DNA of 64,000 bases from contig OZ287704.1 in the NCBI GenBank assembly GCA_965649825.1, positions 298,101 to 362,100 of the forward strand. The letters are read 5' to 3'. Source of the stretch: Penicillus capitatus (Eukaryota > Plantae > Chlorophyta). Position 1 is the stretch's first letter, and each line of letters opens with the position of its first letter. Under the pieces are notes generated by a model. It was not told the DNA's origin and did not search any database. It saw only the letters and a program-made list of their open reading frames with translations. Positions 61,505 to 64,000 of this stretch are shown here, in pieces. The position numbers and the translations under genes are program-made.

Positions 61505-64000
61505 ATGCATCTACGATGCGAGCTGCGTGGACACGAAGAAGATGTACTCTTGCCTTGTGTCCCGCAATGATTGGAAGAAGCTGCCTTTGACGTTAGGTGC
61601 GCGCTGTTATCGTCTGTCCGTTGGGTATCGTCACCACCTCACGCGACAAAACAGTCAAGATATGGAAAGAAGTGTCTGATACTGAATTCACACTCGACAA
61701 GACATTAGTCACGAAGAAGCGTCTTTTCATCGACATTTGAGTGAGAAGAGTGACTTAGGTGGGCCATGAAGATTTTGTCGTGCCAGTTCTGTGGATTCCA
61801 CCCGGTTCTCTTCCCCAATTTCCCGAAGGAACGATCGCGACCGGTCCCGCACTATCATCCCTGAGTCAAATCACACTCAACCGCATTCTGTTTCGATAGG
61901 GTCCAGAGATGGAAGCATCATACTATGGGATGTCGATAATGGCATTCCTGCCCTCTATTTACTCGAACACAAACAACAAGTCTCATCGTTGGGTATCTTA
62001 TCCGACGGAACCCTTGTGTCCTCCGCCGTCGATGGGTGGCGTCTGTCAATGTCATCACTTTCTGTATTGATCGAAGTGGTTCAGGACACTGAAACTGTGG
62101 AAAGAGAGTAACTGCGTGCGCACTCTGGAAGGACATGAGGGATCGGTGGTTTCGTTGATGGTTTTGCCAGAGGATCATATTCTCTCAGGCTCCATTGACA
62201 AGACTATGCGCCTGTGGCATGATGGTTCTTGTATCTCTGTGTTCTCTGGTCACTCCGATACTGTCCGGTAATGTTGTCTAATGCTCTTTAATTTTCTCAC
62301 TCTGGTCACACAGTTGCCTGACGTTGGCAAAGGATCTAGGCATCATCTCTGCCTCCCATGATAAGACACTGAGGCTGTGGTCTATGGAGGGAGACTGTAT
62401 GACCGTCTACGAGGGCCATGCCGAAATTGTTTACTCGTGTGCTTTTTCGGAAGATCGACGAATTTGTTCAGGCATTGTGCAGTGCATGGAAGCTGACTTC
62501 TCCTGACAGGAGAACTGTAGGCAGCGAAGATGGTACAGCGCGAATCTGGAGTGTCGATGGCAAATGTTTGAAGAGTATTTACCATCCAGGATGTGTCTGG
62601 GCAGTGACTTTCTTGCCGAATGGCGATTTGGTCACTGCTTGTTCAGATGGCATCGTTCGGGTATTCTCAGAAGATGAGAATCGACTGGTCATCATACTCT
62701 TCTAGACTTTTTGCTGAATCTTTGCTGATCCAGGCGCCTCCAGAAGAGAGGCAGAGTTTTGAAGCTGCTGTCAGTATAAGGCGAGAAGAGATCTTGGCCG
62801 CCAGAAAGGGAACACTGCCGCCTGGCGTCAAAGTTGAGGATCCATCCGTACTGTATATGCCCGGGGCCAAGGATGGGGATACCAAGATCATTGCCGAAGG
62901 ACATGGCGCCAGTGCTTATGTATGGAGTGCAGATGATCAGGAATGGAAGAAAATGGGAGATGTTCTAGGAACACAGCCGGGTGAACTTGCTTCTGCCTCA
63001 AGGGTACAGCATCCAAAGATGCAGATCATACTCTATGTGTGAATGCAGTTTCATAATGGACAAGAATGGGATTACGTTTTCGATGTCGATTTTGAAGACG
63101 GGGCTCCGATGAAGAAACTCTGTATGAACAAAAATGAAAACCCTATTGAAGTCGCCGAGCGGTTTCTCCTTGCTGAAGATCTGCCCATCAACTACAGAGA
63201 TCAGGTGTGCTGACAACAGCATGGAGTCCGCTGCAGAGTCGTGATCTAGGTGGTGCAATTCTTGATGAACAATACACAAATGGGTGATGCCCTGAAACAA
63301 AATGCTGATCCATTGACAGGGGGCAGTGCCTATCAGCCTGCCTCATCAACAACGTCTTTTTCAAATGGGATGGGAGCCTTCGGTTAGATTCCTCTGCAAA
63401 AAGCAAAATTGAGGATCCTTGGTTTGTAGGGGAAGCATCCATTACTGCGATGTTAAAGTACTGCCCCATGAAAAACTACGTCCTCTTCAACATTCTGAAA
63501 TCAGTTGAACCGATTGGAAACAAGCTCAGAGAATTCAATGAGCAGCTGAGGGCAAACGAGGCGTCGCAGTCCATTGCTTTGTTAGATGCAGAGATCAATG
63601 GTTCATTGCTCTCACTGTGAAGCCCTCGCTGTAAGGGGCATCTGTCGTAGAGGGACTGAATCGTCTGTTAGGAGAAGTTGAGAAGATCGCTGCGGGTCAA
63701 AAGGCATCCTTGACGCAGCCAGATTACGATCTGCTGTCAAAAATGGCTCAATTTCCTCAGGATAAAATCTTTCCAGTTCTAGACCTGTGTCGATTTCTGA
63801 TCCTCGATGCCACGTTCCAAGACACACTCATCTCTCTCATCGGCACTGATTTCAATGGTGTGTACGGTCTCTCTCCTACATGTTCTGATTTCTGTATGGC
63901 TTTAGGTGTTCTGGCAGAACCAATGACTGCGTTGGGTCCACATCAGTTATCACTGTATCTACTGACGAATGCCTACGCGCAGCCTAAATGCAGGGCAGCA
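61505..64000 (+). CDS. PLAA: Phospholipase A2-activating protein / Doa1 (WD40, PFU, PUL); runs off window end
   Basis: LRCELRGHEED, SASHDKTLRLW, GSEDGTARIW, HPGCVWAV...GDLVTACSDG, WDYVFDVDFEDG...NENPIEVAERFL (PFU) and FPVLDLCRFL (PUL). Confidence 0.92.

Noticed and set aside
1-64000. Non-standard ulvophyte code (TAA/TAG = Gln)
   Set aside because: Conserved genes end at TAA/TAG where expected (SWI3, TFB1, ThrRS), and apparent internal stops fall in GT-AG introns.

Overview
Gene-dense eukaryotic nuclear DNA with very short introns (mostly about 45-60 nt, GT-AG) and the standard genetic code. The gene set points to a chlorophyte green alga: plastid YbaB/EbfC (STIC2-like), plant organellar DNA polymerase, chlorophyte-type glycolate dehydrogenase and a plant-type CENP-C motif. 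A compact ulvophyte/Bryopsidales-like genome is a guess only. About 24 spliced genes were reconstructed by hand. Housekeeping genes include SWI3, UPF2, CENP-C, POP, IPK1, GYD1, CutA, NECAP, TFIIH p62, ThrRS, two PP2Cs, two Spinster MFS transporters, a PUT transporter, P4H and PLAA. The window also holds a LINE relic and a 29-bp minisatellite. The most striking signal is a tandem pair of secreted Cys-x7 repeat proteins (15450-17242 and 18325-20515). Their cysteine spacing is mirror-symmetric about a central turn, and basic rungs face acidic rungs. This suggests roughly 50 and 90 nm disulfide-zippered beta-hairpin rods. Other accessory loci are an intronless 1526-aa NACHT-HEAT (NLR-like) gene with degenerate catalytic motifs, a signal-peptide ankyrin protein built one repeat per exon, and a CBM20-PP2C fusion. 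All exon models are manual and unverified by transcripts.
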